The notes under the pieces were generated by a model, which made no database searches, was not told the DNA's origin, and worked only from the letters and a program-made list of their open reading frames with translations. DNA of 64,000 nucleotides from Dehalococcoidia bacterium (lineage in GTDB: Bacteria; Chloroflexota; Dehalococcoidia; Lucifugimonadales; UBA3495), in NCBI GenBank assembly GCA_965204715.1, contig OZ242009.1, forward strand, positions 54,396 through 118,395, given 5' to 3'. The position numbers and the translations under genes were made by a program. Shown here in pieces: positions 60,756 through 64,000 of the stretch (its first letter is position 1; each line of letters opens with the position of its first letter).

Positions 60756-61186
60756 TTGCCATGTCCTCCTTATGGTACTGGTGAAGCTGAGTATTTATGA
60801 TCTCATGATTGAAACATCCGGCCAATCACAAGCATAGGTATTAACAGTCGTCTGCCACGGTTCCTCAGACGCCCCATAATAACATGGCCACGCACAATTG
60901 TGGGCATGGCCGCCCAAGGTGACGCAAAAGGGGACGAACCGGACCCCGTCCGCGGCGTTTACAATGGGCGTACCCAAAATATGGAGAAGCTGCCTGGGAC
61001 AAACTGACACGGGCTGCTTTGGGGTAAGCCGTCGGCCATAGAGGTAGATTTGGCAGGACACGCCTCTGTCCGATACCGCTGGCAGGCACGTGTTCTTTGA
61101 AAATAAACAGTCGTCTATTCTACTGTTTCTGACTCCAGTAATCCTGTATTGCGACGGAATGTGCTCTTGCCCCCTGGCCTGTTTGC

Positions 61187-61215
61187 TTGACACTCCATGG
61201 GGGGTATGATACGTT
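61187..61215 (+). promoter_or_regulatory. Putative hppA promoter
   Basis: TTGACA-N17-TACGTT with TGn extended -10. Confidence 0.6.
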
Positions 61216-61260
61216 TCGCACGCCTCAAAAGGGGCGCATTCAGGCGCGAAAGGACAGGCG

Positions 61261-63354
61261 ATGTTACCGATAATTCTGGCTCTTGCTGCCGGAGCCTTGG
61301 CCCTGGTATTCGCAGCCATTACTGCGGCGCGTGTACTGTCCGCTGACCGGGGCAACGAACAGATCCAGTCCATCGGAAACGCCATCCAGGAAGGGGCCAA
61401 CGCTTTTCTCAAGCGGGAATACCTTACACTACTCCCCTTCGCACTAATTGTAACCATCGCCCTCGCAATTCTTGACTACACCCTGTTTACGCACGATGTG
61501 AATCTTCCTGCTACGGCTATCTCCTATGTGGTGGGCACCATCTGCTCCGGCATGGCCGGAATTATAGGGATGAACGTCGCGGTCAGGGCAAATGTCAGGA
61601 CTGCCGCCGCTGCACAGCAGGGCCTCAACCCGGCGTTGCGCGTCGCTTTTTCCAGCGGGTCTGTCATGGGCGTCACCGTAGTGGGCATCGGACTGCTGGG
61701 CGTGACTATTCTTTACCTGGTATTCCAGGACATCCGCGCCGTGGCCGGGTTCGGGTTCGGAGCGAGCTCCATCGCCCTGTTCGCCAGGGTCGGCGGGGGC
61801 ATCTTCACCAAGGCGGCGGACGTCGGTTCCGACCTGGTGGGCAAGGTGGAGGCGGGAATACCCGAGGACGATCCCCGCAACCCCGGGGTCATCGCCGACA
61901 ACGTGGGCGACAATGTGGGCGACGTAGCCGGGATGGGCGCGGACTTGTTCGAGTCCTACGTCGGCAGCATCATCTCCGCCGTGGCTCTGTCCGCCAGCGC
62001 AGTGGCCCTGGCTGTAGGCAGCGGAGCGGCCGGCAACTTCACCGATCCCCAGGCCGTGTTCCCCATGCTTCTGGCCGGAGCGGGCATACTGGCCGCCATT
62101 CTGGGGACGTTCGTGGTCCGAAGCGGCGAGCAGGCGGATTTTGAAAAGCTTCTATGGGCACTCCGATACGGCATATTCTCTGCTGGCGGACTGCTCATAA
62201 TCTTCGCCGCGATCCTGACCATAGTCCTGACCAACAACTGGTACTGGTTCGGCTGTGTCGTGTCCGGTCTGGCTGCCGGGACGATCATCGGCCTGGCAAC
62301 TGAGTATTACACTTCTTACAGCTACAAGCCCACACAGCGGGTCTCCGAGTCGTCCCAGACCGGCGCGGCCACTGTCATCATCAGCGGGATCGCAACAGGG
62401 ATGTTGAGCACCCTGATTCCCGTGGCCTGTGTTTCGGTGGCAATTCTCCTGGCCTACTGGTTTGCAGGATTCTACGGAGTGGCCCTGGCCGGGGTTGGAC
62501 TGCTCTCGACCCTGGGTATCACCCTGGCCACCGACGCCTACGGTCCGGTCGCAGACAATGCCGGGGGAATCGCCGAACAGGCCCAACTGGACCCGGAGGT
62601 ACGGGAGCGCACCGACGCGCTGGACGCCCTGGGCAACACAACGGCGGCAACCGGAAAGGGGTTTGCCATCGGTTCCGCCGCCCTGACCGCACTGGCCCTG
62701 CTGGCCGCATACTCAGTCAACGCCGGACTCATCACCCTCGACGCAGACGGGCGTCTGGCGGGCGACACCGCGGGCATCAACCTGCTGCAACCCGAGATAC
62801 TGGTAGGGCTGGTCATCGGCGCCATGCTGCCCTTCCTCTTCTCCGCGATGACGATGCAGGCCGTGGGACGCGCGGCGCAGGGCATCGTCGATGAGGTGAG
62901 GCGCCAGTTCCGCGAAATCCCCGGCCTCATGGAAGGCAACGCCCGGCCCGATTCAGCCCGATGCGTGGATATAAGCACACGGGGCGCGCTCCGGGAAATG
63001 ATCGTTCCCGGCATAATGGCCATCATCGCCCCAATCGCAACAGGCTTCATCCTGGGAGAGGCAGCCTTGGGCGGGTTGCTCATCGGCTCGGTGTCCGCGG
63101 GGTTCATGCTGGCAATAATGATGGCTTCAGCAGGCGGGACGTGGGACAACGCCAAGAAGTACGTCGAACTGGGCAACTTCGGCGGCAAGGGTTCCGAGGC
63201 TCACAAGGCAGCGGTCGAAGGAGACGTGGTCGGCGACCCGTTCAAGGACACCTCCGGGCCGTCCCTGAACATCCTGCTCAAGCTGATGGCCATAGTTTCG
63301 CTGGTATTTGCCCCGGTGTTCCTCCAGGTAAGTCCGCTGGTCAATCTGGGATAG
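61261..63354 (+). CDS. hppA: Membrane-bound cation-translocating pyrophosphatase
   Basis: DVGSDLVGKVE, DNVGDNVGD, GNTTAA, GDPFKDTSGP. Confidence 0.97.
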   Translation: MLPIILALAAGALALVFAAITAARVLSADRGNEQIQSIGNAIQEGANAFLKREYLTLLPFALIVTIALAILDYTLFTHDVNLPATAISYVVGTICSGMAGIIGMNVAVRANVRTAAAAQQGLNPALRVAFSSGSVMGVTVVGIGLLGVTILYLVFQDIRAVAGFGFGASSIALFARVGGGIFTKAADVGSDLVGKVEAGIPEDDPRNPGVIADNVGDNVGDVAGMGADLFESYVGSIISAVALSASAVALAVGSGAAGNFTDPQAVFPMLLAGAGILAAILGTFVVRSGEQADFEKLLWALRYGIFSAGGLLIIFAAILTIVLTNNWYWFGCVVSGLAAGTIIGLATEYYTSYSYKPTQRVSESSQTGAATVIISGIATGMLSTLIPVACVSVAILLAYWFAGFYGVALAGVGLLSTLGITLATDAYGPVADNAGGIAEQAQLDPEVRERTDALDALGNTTAATGKGFAIGSAALTALALLAAYSVNAGLITLDADGRLAGDTAGINLLQPEILVGLVIGAMLPFLFSAMTMQAVGRAAQGIVDEVRRQFREIPGLMEGNARPDSARCVDISTRGALREMIVPGIMAIIAPIATGFILGEAALGGLLIGSVSAGFMLAIMMASAGGTWDNAKKYVELGNFGGKGSEAHKAAVEGDVVGDPFKDTSGPSLNILLKLMAIVSLVFAPVFLQVSPLVNLG

Positions 63355-63521
63355 CGTTTCTACCGCAAAGGTTTCAGAATCGCAAATGGGGACTTGCTGC
63401 CCTAATGTCCGCTCCGGGCCTCGCGCCGGTTATATAGGGCAGCGTCTCATCCGGAGCAATCCCTCTTGTAGCGGGCAAAGTTCAGGGTACGCTATGGTGT
63501 ACCGGAGGCGGGAAGGGTTTT

Positions 63522-63951
63522 TTGGAGGAACGGGAATCAATTTGGGCAGTACCCCTGCCGGTTCTTGTACTCTATCGCATCGTCTTCTCTATCCCGGTCA
63601 TATCCAGTGTCAGTGTCGCCACTTGGTATGAGATTCGCATCCGTACCAGTGACGGCCCCATCGAAACCTTTATGGCCATCGGGCATGGTTCCAGCCCGTT
63701 CATCGTTTTATCAGCGGGGTTGACAGTCGTTTTCGTGGAGGGCTGCACATACTTGCCGAATGGTCAATTAAAGACCGCTATTTGCGGAAGGGCCGGGAGG
63801 CTGAACGCGAGGAAAGGACCAGAAGGGAGCGCGAGGCGTACCGGAGATTCGGGGGGAAGTAGAGGGTGTCCGTATGCTTCCAGACACAGAGGAAGTGCGC
63901 CGGTTCCTCGCCGGTGAATCCGAAGAGTACAGATACGGGCCAGCTCACTAG
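63522..63951 (+). pseudogene. Probable frameshifted small membrane protein gene
   Basis: Two hydrophobic segments then charged tail (DRYLRKGREAEREE...PDTEEVRRFLAGE) spread over different frames. Confidence 0.35.
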
Positions 63952-64000
63952 GAAGTGTGTTCGAGGTCTACCAGAGTGACGCTGGCCGTCTCGCCTTCCA

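Noticed and set aside
60795-61457. 220-aa minus-strand ORF or ncRNA in the long intergenic region
   Set aside because: Overlaps hppA antisense, no motifs; no recognisable RNA family.

Overview
GC-rich bacterial window. Its gene content (luciferase-like monooxygenases, F420 PPOX proteins, CoA transferase, split transketolase, type 2 IleRS, GLUG surface protein, many TA/HEPN/Uma2 cargo genes) suggests a SAR202/Dehalococcoidia-like Chloroflexota, possibly host (sponge) associated; this is inference. Core genes: rbsK, comF, TPP riboswitch-thiC-thiD, ileS, mutM, sbcC, ffh, alkA, thpR, mug, transketolase, hppA. Accessory highlights: (i) a ~10 kb defence island (18.1-28.4 kb) with a PLD-nuclease/SNF2 helicase, an N6-methyltransferase-TRD gene (frameshifted) and a translationally coupled HEPN-like gene, with an antitoxin-like tail fused to the helicase in front of a PIN gene; (ii) a DUF3696-type ABC ATPase + PIN pair; (iii) a Panacea antitoxin with an extra antitoxin-like tail plus a RelE-like toxin; (iv) an orphan RM controller-like protein with an intact double C-box upstream of a eukaryote-like cytochrome P450; (v) an intact IS982 inserted in vapC, with most other toxins also broken; (vi) a flavin-dependent halogenase with a C-terminal winged-helix/RRE-like domain; (vii) a Cys-containing C-terminal sorting signal. 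No rRNA, tRNA or CRISPR array seen. All calls come from motif recognition by eye, not from database searches.
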